A DNA stretch of 64,000 nt from Candidatus Gastranaerophilales bacterium (GTDB lineage Bacteria > Cyanobacteriota > Vampirovibrionia > Gastranaerophilales > Gastranaerophilaceae). The notes beneath the pieces are model-generated. The model saw only the letters and a program-made list of their open reading frames with translations. It had not been told where the DNA came from and searched no databases. Every line of letters begins with the position of its first letter. The stretch's first letter is position 1. The position numbers and the translations under genes were made by a program. Below are positions 18,583 to 29,340 of this stretch, piece by piece. Location of the stretch: the NCBI GenBank assembly GCA_944324485.1, contig CALUWM010000003.1, positions 3,612 to 67,611 on the forward strand, read 5' to 3'.

Positions 18583-21093
18583 ATGAGAGTACACGAACTA
18601 GCTAAAGAACTTAATATAACATCAAAAGAACTAATTGAAAATGTAAATGATAAATTAAATTTATCATTGAAATCGCATAGTTCAACTGTTGGGGATGTTT
18701 ATATCGATAAAATCAGAGCATTATATAAAAGAGAAACTAAGCCTACGGCTAAACCTAAGGCATTTGTTGTAAAAAAGCAAAAACAATCTGATGAGCCTAA
18801 AGTCGATGTACAAGTTGAAAAAACTCCAAAAATAATTAAAACTGTTTCTAAATTAGAGATAGTACGACCTGCACCAAAACAACAAAACCCTCGTCCGGTT
18901 GTAAAAAAAGAACAACCGATTAGTAAAGTTGTTGAAAAAAAACCAGAGGTTCAGAACGAAAAAAATATTGTTTCTGAAACTAAAAAACAAATTATACAAA
19001 ATTCGACTGATAAGCTTTCTACATTGCCTTCAATGACTAGAAAGAATTTTGAAAAAACTAATACTGAACCTACAAATAAAGAAAAAACACAAACGTCTGA
19101 GTCTAATAAAAAAACAACTGCTCCTCAGCCAATTAAAAGACATATTATTTCTCAAGATATTTATGCTAATCAATCAAGAAATTCAAAAAAGAAAAGAAAA
19201 GATCACGAATATAGCAATAAGCGTGAAGAGCAGGAAAGAATAAGTCTTGAAAAAGCAGTACAAAATAAACATAAAAAGCACACGCAAGAAGTCGCAGCTG
19301 TTGAAGAGGTTAAATCGGTTGTAATTGACCGTCCTATGACAGTAGGTGAACTTAGTGATAAGATTAAAAAAACTCCTGCTGAAATTATTAAATTTCTTAT
19401 GCTTGAAGGAATTATGGTTACTGTTAATGCGCCAATAGATACTGAAACTTCTAAAAAAGTAGCTAAACATTTTGATTTAGAAATTTTAGATGAAGATATA
19501 GAAGCTTTTATTGAACAAGAAGAAGAAAAAGAGGGTGTTAATAAGTATCTTTTAGCAGCGAAAGAAGAAGATATTGTAAAACGAGCTCCTGTTGTTACAG
19601 TTATGGGGCATGTAGATCATGGAAAAACCACTTTACTTGATTCTATCAGAGCGTCAAAACACAAGATTGTGCATACTGAAGTAGGTGGCATTACTCAAAG
19701 TATTGGTGCTTATACTGTTTGGTTAGATAAGAAAAAAATCGTATTTATTGATACTCCTGGGCACGAAGCATTTACTCAAATGCGTTTAAGGGGTGCTCAG
19801 TCAACAGATATTGCAGTTTTAGTTGTCGCTGCTGATGATGGCGTTATGCCTCAGACTGTTGAAAGTATATCTCATGCTAAATCTGCCGGAGTGCCTATTA
19901 TTGTTGCTGTCAATAAAATCGATAAACCGGATGCTAATCCTGATAAAGTTATGCAAGAGCTCACAGAACATGGTTTAATTCCTGAAAAATGGGGCGGAGA
20001 TACTATATGTGTACCTGTTTCTGCTCTTCAAAAAACCGGCATTGACGAGCTATTGGAATATATACTTTTAGTGGCTGACATGCAAGAATTGAAAGCAGTT
20101 GAAAAATGTCCTGCAACCGGAGTTATTATTGAAGCAAACCTTGATAAAGGAAAAGGGCCTGTTGCAACTATGCTAGTGCAAAACGGTACTCTTAAAGTTG
20201 GTGATTCAATAGTTGCCGGTACGGTTGGTGGAAAAGTTAGAGCTTTGCTAGATGATTCAGGAAGAAGAGTTCGTTCTGCGGGACCATCTACACCTGTTGA
20301 AATATTAGGTTTAAATGAAGTTCCTCAAGCGGGTGATGTTTTTGAAGTAGTGGCTAATGAAAAACTTATGAAAGCAATTGTTCAAGAACGTAAACAAAAA
20401 GAACGTTCAACCAGATTAGAAGCAATGACTGCTGCCCATGTTCAAAAAGAAGCAATGGCGGGAGTTGATGAAATTACAAACTTGAATTTAATTATTAAAG
20501 CTAATACAAATGGTTCAGCTGAGGCAGTTTCTACTGCAATACAAAATGTTAAATCTCTAAAAGTTGTACCAAAAATAGTTCATGTTGGAGTGGGTGATAT
20601 TTCAGAAGCTGACGTTATGCTTGCATCTGCTTCAAATGCAATAATTCTTGGTTTTACCGTAAAAGAAGATACAAACGCCTTATTATCTGCTCAAAAAGAA
20701 GGTGTTAAGATAAAAAAATACGATATTATTTACCAAGTATTGGAAGATATCGAAAAAACAATGCTTTCTTTATTATCTCCTGAAATTGAAGATGTTGAAC
20801 TTGGAAAAGCTGAAGTTAGAGCGGTATTTACAATAGGAAAAACTACAAGAATTGCCGGTTGTTATGTTACAGAAGGTAAAATTGTACGTTCTAAAACCGC
20901 TCGCTTAATTAGAAATGGCGAAGAGATATTTAAAGCTGAAATAAACCAACTTAAACGCTTTAAAGATGATGTTAAAGAAGTTAAAGAAGGTTTTGAATGT
21001 GGTATTTCTTTTGCTAAATTTAATGATATTCAAGAAGGTGATATTATTGAAGTATCAACAACAAAAGAAGTAGAACCTCAAACACTAGTCTAG
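18583..21093 (+). CDS. infB: translation initiation factor IF-2
   Basis: [24 protein letters not shown] and NKID G-domain motifs with a Lys/Glu-rich N-terminus. Confidence 0.97.
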   Translation: MRVHELAKELNITSKELIENVNDKLNLSLKSHSSTVGDVYIDKIRALYKRETKPTAKPKAFVVKKQKQSDEPKVDVQVEKTPKIIKTVSKLEIVRPAPKQQNPRPVVKKEQPISKVVEKKPEVQNEKNIVSETKKQIIQNSTDKLSTLPSMTRKNFEKTNTEPTNKEKTQTSESNKKTTAPQPIKRHIISQDIYANQSRNSKKKRKDHEYSNKREEQERISLEKAVQNKHKKHTQEVAAVEEVKSVVIDRPMTVGELSDKIKKTPAEIIKFLMLEGIMVTVNAPIDTETSKKVAKHFDLEILDEDIEAFIEQEEEKEGVNKYLLAAKEEDIVKRAPVVTVMGHVDHGKTTLLDSIRASKHKIVHTEVGGITQSIGAYTVWLDKKKIVFIDTPGHEAFTQMRLRGAQSTDIAVLVVAADDGVMPQTVESISHAKSAGVPIIVAVNKIDKPDANPDKVMQELTEHGLIPEKWGGDTICVPVSALQKTGIDELLEYILLVADMQELKAVEKCPATGVIIEANLDKGKGPVATMLVQNGTLKVGDSIVAGTVGGKVRALLDDSGRRVRSAGPSTPVEILGLNEVPQAGDVFEVVANEKLMKAIVQERKQKERSTRLEAMTAAHVQKEAMAGVDEITNLNLIIKANTNGSAEAVSTAIQNVKSLKVVPKIVHVGVGDISEADVMLASASNAIILGFTVKEDTNALLSAQKEGVKIKKYDIIYQVLEDIEKTMLSLLSPEIEDVELGKAEVRAVFTIGKTTRIAGCYVTEGKIVRSKTARLIRNGEEIFKAEINQLKRFKDDVKEVKEGFECGISFAKFNDIQEGDIIEVSTTKEVEPQTLV

Positions 21094-21105
21094 ATTGAGT
21101 ATATT

Positions 21106-21456
21106 ATGTCATTAAGGAATGAAAGAGTAAGAAAAGCTTTAATTAGAGAAATTTCAGATATCATCTTTCGTGAAATAAAAGATAGAGATATTTGCGGGAT
21201 GGTATCGATTACTGATGTAGATGTTTCTTCAGATAATTCTGCTGCGAGAGTTTTTTACAGTGTATATGGGAATGAAGAAGTAAAATCAAAAACATCTAAG
21301 GCTTTGGAAAGACATGTCGGACAAATTCGTCATGAAGTTGGAAAAAGAATAAGGCTTAGAAAAACGCCAACCTTGCTTTTTATATTGGATGAGTCTCTTG
21401 AAAAAGGGGCTAGAATGACAGAGCTTATTAATAAAATTGAACGCGGCGAATTGTAA
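21106..21456 (+). CDS. rbfA: ribosome-binding factor A
   Basis: 116 aa, with the infB-rbfA-truB order and the typical R..ri...l.reis motif. Confidence 0.9.
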   Translation: MSLRNERVRKALIREISDIIFREIKDRDICGMVSITDVDVSSDNSAARVFYSVYGNEEVKSKTSKALERHVGQIRHEVGKRIRLRKTPTLLFILDESLEKGARMTELINKIERGEL

Positions 21457-22298
21457 TGTATTTTTTAAACATTAATAAACCCAAGGGCATTTCTTCTTTT
21501 GATGTGATTCGAATTTTAAGAAAGAAACTCGGTATAAAGCAAATAGGCCATTCTGGTACACTTGACCCCCTTGCATCTGGTGTATTGCAAATTGGTGTTG
21601 GTGATTGTACTAAATTATTGGATTATCTTGATTCAGATAAAACTTATGTTGCAAATATAAAATTCGGTTATGTCACCTCTACTTTTGATGACGAGGGCGA
21701 AAAGGAATTTGTTTCTAATCCTGATTTTTCGTATGATGATTTTGAAAATGTATTAATGACTTTTTTAGGTATAACAAAACAAGTTCCGCCAAAATATAGT
21801 GCTGTTAAGATTAATGGGAAAAAAGCTTGTGACATTATTCGTACTAAAAATAATATACAATTAGAAATTCCGGAAAGAGAAATAGAAATATATAATATTT
21901 CAATTTTGAATTTTTCAGATTATGAAGCACAAATTTTTGTTCATTGTAAAAAGGGAGTTTATATACGTTCATTAGTTAATGATATAGGAATAAAATTAGG
22001 ATGTGGTGGTTATGTTACAGAATTAAAACGTGTTGCTGCCGGTTGTTTTAGACTGGAAGATTCTGATAAATTAGATTCAATTGATTATCATATAATTAAT
22101 CCAATAGATGTTTTGCCTTTTGATAAGTACGAGCTTAATGAAGTAGAATTCTCAAGAATTTTAAATGGAAATTATATTAATCCCAAGCAAAATGTTTCAT
22201 CAGATAAAGTTTTATTAACAAAAGATAACAAACTTGTATCATTTGCAATTTTATCAGATAATTTGATTAAACCAAAAAAGGTTTTTAGGGGAGTATAG
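21456..22298 (+). CDS. truB: tRNA pseudouridine(55) synthase
   Basis: GHSGTLDPLASGVL catalytic Asp motif. Confidence 0.93.
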   Translation: MYFLNINKPKGISSFDVIRILRKKLGIKQIGHSGTLDPLASGVLQIGVGDCTKLLDYLDSDKTYVANIKFGYVTSTFDDEGEKEFVSNPDFSYDDFENVLMTFLGITKQVPPKYSAVKINGKKACDIIRTKNNIQLEIPEREIEIYNISILNFSDYEAQIFVHCKKGVYIRSLVNDIGIKLGCGGYVTELKRVAAGCFRLEDSDKLDSIDYHIINPIDVLPFDKYELNEVEFSRILNGNYINPKQNVSSDKVLLTKDNKLVSFAILSDNLIKPKKVFRGV

Positions 22299-22913
22299 AT
22301 GGGTACATTTTTTAAAACTTTTTTTATATGTTTAGTTTTAGCTTTTGGATTTTTAGGGTATAAGTATTTTTCTACTGAAAGTTACAATTCTGATTTGTTT
22401 GTTTCTAAAGAAAGTCCTGTCTTTGGTACCTATGAAGATTACACAGAAAGTATTCCTGAAACACCCGTTAAATCTCAAGATGCTTCAAGCGATAATAGTG
22501 TAAAAAAACCTGAGGAAAAGAAATATACACACACCTGTTATTTTTATTCTGTTGAGGGAAAATTAATTCCAATTAAACGTCAACTTACTGCTAAACCTTC
22601 GTTGGAAAGCACAATTTTATTGTTATTAAAAGGACCTACTATTTCTGAAACAAAAAAAGGTATTTATTCTGAAATTCCTGCTAATGTTGATTTGATTTCT
22701 GTTAGGAGTTCTGATAATAATGCGCTTATTGTTGATTTGTCATCTAATTTTGGTAATGGCGGCGGAACTCAAAGTATCGAAAATAGAATAAAACAATTAT
22801 CTAAAACCATAAAATCCTATGCGCCTAATAAAACCATATATCTATACATAAACGGCAAAGAGGTCGAGTATTTAGGTGGAGATGGTGTGTTTATAAAACA
22901 GCCTCTTGAATAG
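22299..22913 (+). CDS. GerMN-domain membrane-anchored protein
   Basis: N-terminal TM helix, then LLLLKGPT..E...G..S.IP and DLS..F, as in GerMN domains. Confidence 0.65.
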   Translation: MGTFFKTFFICLVLAFGFLGYKYFSTESYNSDLFVSKESPVFGTYEDYTESIPETPVKSQDASSDNSVKKPEEKKYTHTCYFYSVEGKLIPIKRQLTAKPSLESTILLLLKGPTISETKKGIYSEIPANVDLISVRSSDNNALIVDLSSNFGNGGGTQSIENRIKQLSKTIKSYAPNKTIYLYINGKEVEYLGGDGVFIKQPLE

Positions 22914-22914
22914 C

Positions 22915-23691
22915 TTATATTCCTATCCAATTTTTTAAATCTTTATTTGATTTTAGTTTTTTGTCAAAGATGTATAAGCCGTAATCTTTTTGGTTTAAGA
23001 CCGCTGCCCAAAAACCTTCTGAATATGAATTTTTAGAGTTTAAAATAATTTTATGTTTGCAATTTGTTAAAAAGTAAAATTCTTCTCTCCAGTCAGAAAG
23101 ATTAATAATTTCATAGTCAATAAAAGAATTAATGTCTTTAATTTTTTGTTTTGTAAAAACATATAGTTTAGGTTTTTTTATGTATTTATTAAGTCTTTGG
23201 GTTGCTCTGTATATAAAATCATTATTGACGCTATTTAGGTCTTTTTCATTTATATATAATCCGATTGATTGATTGCTTAATATGTTTTCCAGTATGTCAT
23301 AGTTAACCAGAAAGTCATATTTGCTAAATTTCAGCATATTTTTAATGTTATCAGAGATTAAATCAATATCAGAGATTCTAAAGTGTGCAAGATTTATTAT
23401 CTTATCTCTTAAGTTTTTTTTGGTCATTTCTTTTTTGATTTTTTTAGAATCAATATAAAGTTTGTTTTTCAAAAATGCTGATTCTGTGAGTTTTTTAATT
23501 CTTGATGTAGATATAAAATCATAATCCAGATTAAAACTGGACATAAATTTTTCAAAGTGCTTTCTTTTTTGTGTGTCATTTTCGAAATAGCAATGTAGTT
23601 TTGTTTCTTTTTCTATGATTTTACCGTATGCAATTGAGCTTAAATTATCAGCAAAATTATCTTGATACTCCAGTACTAATATGTTTTCCAA
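22915..23691 (-). CDS. hypothetical protein, GT11 (fucosyltransferase)-like fold with degenerate motifs
   Basis: The C-terminal NSKNSYSEGFWAAVLNQ resembles GT11 SNSSFSWWAAWLN, and PKLYVFTKQ resembles the FiFSDD block. The HxRRGDY site is replaced by LYINEKDL. The alignment was made from memory. Confidence 0.35.
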   Translation of the reverse strand: MENILVLEYQDNFADNLSSIAYGKIIEKETKLHCYFENDTQKRKHFEKFMSSFNLDYDFISTSRIKKLTESAFLKNKLYIDSKKIKKEMTKKNLRDKIINLAHFRISDIDLISDNIKNMLKFSKYDFLVNYDILENILSNQSIGLYINEKDLNSVNNDFIYRATQRLNKYIKKPKLYVFTKQKIKDINSFIDYEIINLSDWREEFYFLTNCKHKIILNSKNSYSEGFWAAVLNQKDYGLYIFDKKLKSNKDLKNWIGI

Positions 23692-23808
23692 TTTTATACC
23701 TCGAATAAAAATTAATCATATGTATGATTTACAATTAAATTTATCACAAATATTCTTATAATGTAGTGTTTAAATTAAATCTTAATAAAAATTTTATAAG
23801 GAATCCAT

Positions 23809-24378
23809 ATGCGAAAATTATTTTCTTTTGTTGTAATATTGTTTTTTGCGGTTATTTCAGGGGCATGTATTAATACTTTTGCCGTGCATGAACTAAATCA
23901 AATAGCAGTTGAATATATGGAATCTGGTGATTATCATTCTGCAATTTCCAGACTTGAATCTTCCATTGATCTTGATGGAGCAATTTATGAATCAAGATAT
24001 AATCTTGCTGTTGCATATTTAAGAATTGATGAATGTGAAAAAGCTTTTAAGCAAATAAAGGAAGCTCAAAAACTCATTGAAGAAGAGCCTTCTGTATATT
24101 ATACGCTTGGCGTTTCTTCAAATTGTTTAGCTGATAGAATTTATGAAAAGAAGAATGATGATGGTGAAATAGAAAAAATTACATACTCTGATCCGGTTAT
24201 TGCATATAAAAAAGCAAAAGAATATGTTGATTATTTAAAAATTGCAAATGATGCTTTTGATAAATATGCTACTCTTGTACCTAATGCGCAAGATGTAAAT
24301 AGCGTAATAGAGCTTATGAATGATAATAAAGAAAAAATAACTCAGACAATTTCTACATATAATTTTAAAAATGAGTAA
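23809..24378 (+). CDS. TPR-like lipoprotein (hypothetical)
   Basis: Lipobox-like AVISGAC after a hydrophobic signal, and TPR-like helices. Confidence 0.55.
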   Translation: MRKLFSFVVILFFAVISGACINTFAVHELNQIAVEYMESGDYHSAISRLESSIDLDGAIYESRYNLAVAYLRIDECEKAFKQIKEAQKLIEEEPSVYYTLGVSSNCLADRIYEKKNDDGEIEKITYSDPVIAYKKAKEYVDYLKIANDAFDKYATLVPNAQDVNSVIELMNDNKEKITQTISTYNFKNE

Positions 24379-24380
24379 TC

Positions 24381-25178
24381 ATGTTTACAATTTATCCTAT
24401 AAATAATCCTATTGCTTTTAATTTTTTTGGCTTTCCTGTAAGGTGGTATGGAATTTGTCTTGCAATTGCTATTTTTGTTGGTGTTTTTTTTGGTAATTAT
24501 TTAATTCTAAAAAAATATTCTAAGTTTGATTCTGAAGCGTTTTTAGATTGTATTTTACCTGTTGTGATATTTTCTATTTTTGGTGCAAGATTATTTTACG
24601 TACTTGGTGATTTTTCATTTTATTTATCAAATCCATTAGAAATAATTATGATTAATCACGGCGGTCTTTCTATATATGGTGCTATTTTTATAGGTGCCAT
24701 AGTCTTATTTTTCTATTTAAAAAATAAGAAATTGGATATCTTAAAATTTTTTGATATATTCGCTTTAATGATGCCATTATGCCAATCCATCGGAAGATTT
24801 GGAAATTATTTTAATCAAGAGGCATTTGGTTCTCCAACAAACGGATTTATACGTTTGTTTGTTGATGAAATGTATAGGCCAAGTGAATACGTTAATTTTT
24901 CTTTTTTTCATCCGACCTTTTTGTATGAAAGTGTTTTAAATTTTATTTTATTTTTGTTTTTGCTGTATATTTTTTTACATCTTAAAAATCGTAAATTTGG
25001 TTTGATTTTAAGTCTATATTTAATTTTCTATTCTCTTATCAGAATATTTGTTGAATCAATAAGAATAGATAGCGTTTTTGATGTAGGTAATTATCCTATT
25101 GCAATTATATTGAGTATTATTTCGCTTTTGTCTGGTATTGTAATTTTCTTTTATACAAAAAAATACCCTGCTAAATAG
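24381..25178 (+). CDS. lgt: prolipoprotein diacylglyceryl transferase
   Basis: VRWYGI near the N-terminus and the GRFGNYFNQEAFG signature. Confidence 0.93.
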   Translation: MFTIYPINNPIAFNFFGFPVRWYGICLAIAIFVGVFFGNYLILKKYSKFDSEAFLDCILPVVIFSIFGARLFYVLGDFSFYLSNPLEIIMINHGGLSIYGAIFIGAIVLFFYLKNKKLDILKFFDIFALMMPLCQSIGRFGNYFNQEAFGSPTNGFIRLFVDEMYRPSEYVNFSFFHPTFLYESVLNFILFLFLLYIFLHLKNRKFGLILSLYLIFYSLIRIFVESIRIDSVFDVGNYPIAIILSIISLLSGIVIFFYTKKYPAK

Positions 25179-25188
25179 CAAGGTATTT
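25161..25188. terminator. imperfect hairpin between convergent lgt and gpmI
   Basis: AAATACCCTGC-TAAATA-GCAAGGTATTT (one C/A mismatch), flanked by an A-run and a T-run. Confidence 0.4.
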
Positions 25189-25203
25189 TATATTTTTTTC
25201 TAA

Positions 25204-26730
25204 TTAATGTTTTATCATTGTTTTTCCGGTCATTTCTTCCGGTTGTTTAATATTCATTATATCAAGTATAGTAGGAGCTATATCGCACAGTGCACCTGTT
25301 TCATTTAGTTCAAATTTATCTTTAGAAACTATAATAAAAGGTACAATATTTGTTGTGTGAGCGGTTTGTGGTGCATGTGTTTGCTCGTTATACATCCATT
25401 CTGCATTTCCGTGATCTGCTGTAATAATCATTGTAACATCATTTTCAAGTGCTTTAATAGCAATTTTTCCAACACATTCGTCAACTGCTTCGCAAGCTTT
25501 TATAGCAGCATCCATTACTCCTGTGTGCCCAACCATGTCAGGATTTGCAAAATTGACCAGTATGAAACCGAATTCGTCATCATCAAGTGCTTTTAATACA
25601 TTATCACATACTTCATAGGCACTCATTTCCGGTTTAAGGTCATATGTAGCAACCTTTGGTGAGTTTACCAGTGCTCTTGTTTCTAGTTTGCCGGATTTTT
25701 CTACTCCTCCGTTAAAGAAAAAAGTTATGTGTGCGTATTTTTCGGTTTCTGCTGTTCTAAATTGCTTAATATTATTATCATCAAGTACATCGCCTAAAAT
25801 ATTTTTAAGGCTTTGAGGTCTAAAAGCAACGGGAACTTTAAATGTTTCATCGTATTGAGTCATACATACGTAATAAAGATTTTTAATGATTTTTTTTCTA
25901 TTAAATCCGTCAAAATTTTCGTCATTAAATGCTCTTGTTATTTCTCTTGCTCTATCCGGTCTGTAATTAAAGAAGATTACTGCATCGTTATCTTCAACTC
26001 GTCTTTTAGATATTACAACAGGTTTTACAAATTCATCCGTTACATCGTTTTTATATGAATTTTGAATTGCAAGTTTTGAATTTTCTTCTTTTATTCCTTC
26101 AGATAAAGTTAAACAATTATACGCTTTTTCGACTCTATCCCAACGTTTATCACGATCCATTGCCCAGTATCTGCCGATAATTGATGCAATAGGAGGTAAG
26201 TTGTATTTTTGCAATTCCTGTTCAATTTCTTCTAAGTATATATGTGCTGATTTAGGTGGTGTATCTCTTCCGTCTAAAAAAGCATGTACATATACATTTT
26301 TAAGGCCTTCTTGGCTTGCAAGTTTTATTAATGCTTTCAAGTGTTTCATTGAACTGTGAACTCCGCCCGGAGAAACCAGTCCCCATATATGGAGTGCTGA
26401 ATTGTATTTTTTCACATGGTTAATTGCAGATAAAAATTCTTCGTTTTTAAAGAAGTCTCCTTCGTCAATAGATTTATTTATTCGAGTAAGTTCCTGATAG
26501 ACAATTCTGCCTGCACCTATGTTTAAATGTCCTACTTCAGAATTTCCCATTTGGCCTTCAGGTAAGCCTACATATAGTCCGTCAGCATGGATTGAAGTAG
26601 ATGGCATTTGAGCCATAAATTTATCAAAATTCGGAGTTTTTGCACTGTATACGGCGTTGTATTTCGTATCTTTTGAAATTCCCCAGCCGTCTAATATGCA
26701 AAGTAATGTTCTTTTTTTAGTATTTGACAT
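25204..26730 (-). CDS. gpmI: 2,3-bisphosphoglycerate-independent phosphoglycerate mutase
   Basis: 508 aa with LCILDGWG, NSEVGHLNIGAGR and ITADHGN motifs. Confidence 0.95.
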   Translation of the reverse strand: MSNTKKRTLLCILDGWGISKDTKYNAVYSAKTPNFDKFMAQMPSTSIHADGLYVGLPEGQMGNSEVGHLNIGAGRIVYQELTRINKSIDEGDFFKNEEFLSAINHVKKYNSALHIWGLVSPGGVHSSMKHLKALIKLASQEGLKNVYVHAFLDGRDTPPKSAHIYLEEIEQELQKYNLPPIASIIGRYWAMDRDKRWDRVEKAYNCLTLSEGIKEENSKLAIQNSYKNDVTDEFVKPVVISKRRVEDNDAVIFFNYRPDRAREITRAFNDENFDGFNRKKIIKNLYYVCMTQYDETFKVPVAFRPQSLKNILGDVLDDNNIKQFRTAETEKYAHITFFFNGGVEKSGKLETRALVNSPKVATYDLKPEMSAYEVCDNVLKALDDDEFGFILVNFANPDMVGHTGVMDAAIKACEAVDECVGKIAIKALENDVTMIITADHGNAEWMYNEQTHAPQTAHTTNIVPFIIVSKDKFELNETGALCDIAPTILDIMNIKQPEEMTGKTMIKH

Positions 26731-26849
26731 ATATTACCTTTCTTTTTTCGTGATTATTTTACCATGGAAAAAATACATTATACATACCAGTTTTTCATTA
26801 ACATAATTTTGTTGTTTATTGTATTATTAAATTGATTAAGGAATTTAAA

Positions 26850-28481
26850 ATGAGATATTCTAAATATAATGTTGTAATTGTGGGAAGTGGTATAAGCGGT
26901 TTATTTTTAGCCAATAAACTTTCCGAAAATAAAAATTGTTCAGATGGGATTTTATTAATTACAAAAGATGAATTGTTTTCTGGCTCATCTTCATTGGCTC
27001 AAGGGGGTATAGTTTCCGTTATTCCTGAAATTAATAAATCTGATTCAGTTGAATCTCACATAAAAGATACTCTTAAAGCTGGTTGCGGTTTAAACAATAT
27101 TAATGTTGTTGAATTTGTTTCAAGACAATCTTCTCTTGCAATAGATGAACTTATTAGATTTGGTGTAAAGTTTGATAAAAACGAAAAAAATATTTTAGAT
27201 TTTACTCTTGAAGGTGCGCACAGTCGTCCAAGAATTTTACATGCCAGCGGTGATTCCACAGGAAGAATAATTGAAGAAGCTTTGTGCGAAAAATTAAAAT
27301 CAGCAAATAATGTTGAACTGTACGATTACACTATGGCTCTCGAGTTACTTGTTGATAATTCAAATAATTGCAAGGGGCTCGTTGTTTACAATTGGAAAAA
27401 TGATTACTATGAAGCTATATATGCAGGCAGCATTGTACTTGCAACTGGCGGTATCGGACAAATATATAAGAATACAACAAATCCTTTGGTTTCTTGTGGT
27501 GACGGTATATCTTTGGCTTATAAAGCTGGAGCTAAAGTATGCGATATGGAATTTGTGCAGTTTCATCCAACTGCTTTATATTGTAAAAATAAATCAACTA
27601 TGCCTCTTGTTTCTGAATCTGTCAGGGGTGAAGGAGCAAAATTAGTTGATTTAGATGGTGAATATTTTGCTAAAAACTACCACCATCAAGCAGATTTAGC
27701 TCCAAGAGACGTTGTTGCAAGAGCAATAATGGAACAAATGAAAAGTACCAACGCTAACTATGTAAATTTAGATATATCTCAGATGGGAATAGAAAAATTT
27801 AAAAATAGATTTCCAACTATTACTAAGTTGTTGGACGAAAACAATATTGATATTGATTCAGGTTTAATCCCTGTTGTTCCCGCCGAACATTACTTTATGG
27901 GCGGAATTAAAACTGATATTAATTGTAAAACTACAATTAACAATTTATTTGCTATTGGTGAATGTGCTTGTAGTGGTTTACATGGTGCTAATAGACTTGC
28001 ATCCAACTCGCTTTTGGAATGTGTTGTGTTTGCAAATAGTCTTGCAGATTATATTTCAAACAATTTTAATAATCCACCTAAAAGAAATGATGAAAAAATT
28101 AAAAATACTGTTGAAAAATATTTAAGTCAGGATTCTATTACAAACAAACAAGAGGATTTTTTACACATTTTATTTGAAGAATTAAAAACTGTTATGACTG
28201 AGAATGTCGGTATTTCAAGAACTAAAAAATCTCTTGAGGCTGCTCTTGATAAGATTAACACGCTTGAATTGAGAGCAGAGAGTGTCGTTGCTGAATCCAG
28301 AATTAAATATGAGCTAAAAAGCGCACTTTGCGTATCAAAGTTAATAGTAAAAGCCGCACTGGAAAGAAAAAATTCGATTGGTGCACATTATAGAGCTGAT
28401 TTTCCACACAGAGCATTGGAAAATAATATTAAAGAAATAGATAAGCTGAAAGTTGGTTACAATGAAGTTTCTGTTAAATGA
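26850..28481 (+). CDS. nadB: L-aspartate oxidase
   Basis: YNVVIVGSGISGL FAD fold and HYFMGGI. AAGGA lies 6 nt upstream of ATG 26850; the ORF-track start 26832 is a TTG. Confidence 0.93.
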   Translation: MRYSKYNVVIVGSGISGLFLANKLSENKNCSDGILLITKDELFSGSSSLAQGGIVSVIPEINKSDSVESHIKDTLKAGCGLNNINVVEFVSRQSSLAIDELIRFGVKFDKNEKNILDFTLEGAHSRPRILHASGDSTGRIIEEALCEKLKSANNVELYDYTMALELLVDNSNNCKGLVVYNWKNDYYEAIYAGSIVLATGGIGQIYKNTTNPLVSCGDGISLAYKAGAKVCDMEFVQFHPTALYCKNKSTMPLVSESVRGEGAKLVDLDGEYFAKNYHHQADLAPRDVVARAIMEQMKSTNANYVNLDISQMGIEKFKNRFPTITKLLDENNIDIDSGLIPVVPAEHYFMGGIKTDINCKTTINNLFAIGECACSGLHGANRLASNSLLECVVFANSLADYISNNFNNPPKRNDEKIKNTVEKYLSQDSITNKQEDFLHILFEELKTVMTENVGISRTKKSLEAALDKINTLELRAESVVAESRIKYELKSALCVSKLIVKAALERKNSIGAHYRADFPHRALENNIKEIDKLKVGYNEVSVK

Positions 28482-29319
28482 TTATATAATTGATGAATAT
28501 GTGAAATCTGCACTTAAAGAGGATTTATATTATGGTGACATAACAACTGAGGCAGTTTGTTGTAATCTTGATAATCCTCAATTTGAAATTTATTTAACTA
28601 CTCGTGCAGATGGTGTCTTGTGTGGAAGACATATTTTCGAAAGAGTGTTTAAGATATTAGCAAATGATGAAGTTAAAGTTGAATTTTATTTTACAGACGG
28701 TGATGAGATTAAAAAAGGTGATAAAATTGCAAGAATTTCTGGAAATGCCAGATATATTTTAACCGGTGAAAGGCTAGCATTGAATTTTGTACAAAAATTA
28801 TCCGGTATTGCAACTTACACAAGAAAATTTCAGTCACTTGCAGATAAATATAATGTTAGAGTTGTAGACACAAGAAAAAACACACCAAACTTTAGAATAT
28901 TTGAAAAATATGCTGTAAAAATTGGTGGTAATTATCTTCACAGGTTTAATTTATCTGATTGTGTAATGTTGAAAGATAATCATATAGCACTTTTGGGTGG
29001 TTCTATTACTAATGCAGTGAAAGAAGTTAGAAAAAATATATCTCATGCTCATAAAATCGAAGTTGAATGCGACACCACTGAGCAGGTTAAAGAGGCACTT
29101 TTAAATAGTGTCGATATTATCATGTTAGATAATATGTCTTGCGATGAGATGAAAACATGTTGTGATTTAATCAATAAAAAAGCAATAGTTGAAGCATCTG
29201 GTTGCGTTACACTGGATAACATTGAAGAAATTGCAAAAACCGGAGTTGATGTAATTTCAACCAGTGCTATTGTAATGAAAGCACCGACTCTCGATTTAGC
29301 TTTTGATTATAATCCTTAA
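28462..29319 (+). CDS. nadC: nicotinate-nucleotide diphosphorylase (carboxylating)
   Basis: ALKEDLYYGDITT N-terminus and DTRKNTPNFR. Overlaps the nadB 3' end by 20 nt. Confidence 0.93.
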   Translation: MKFLLNDYIIDEYVKSALKEDLYYGDITTEAVCCNLDNPQFEIYLTTRADGVLCGRHIFERVFKILANDEVKVEFYFTDGDEIKKGDKIARISGNARYILTGERLALNFVQKLSGIATYTRKFQSLADKYNVRVVDTRKNTPNFRIFEKYAVKIGGNYLHRFNLSDCVMLKDNHIALLGGSITNAVKEVRKNISHAHKIEVECDTTEQVKEALLNSVDIIMLDNMSCDEMKTCCDLINKKAIVEASGCVTLDNIEEIAKTGVDVISTSAIVMKAPTLDLAFDYNP

Positions 29320-29340
29320 AAAGAGGCTTAAAGCCTCTTT
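29320..29340. terminator. bidirectional hairpin between nadC and gltX
   Basis: AAAGAGGCTT-A-AAGCCTCTTT, perfect 10-bp arms. Overlaps the gltX stop codon. Confidence 0.6.
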
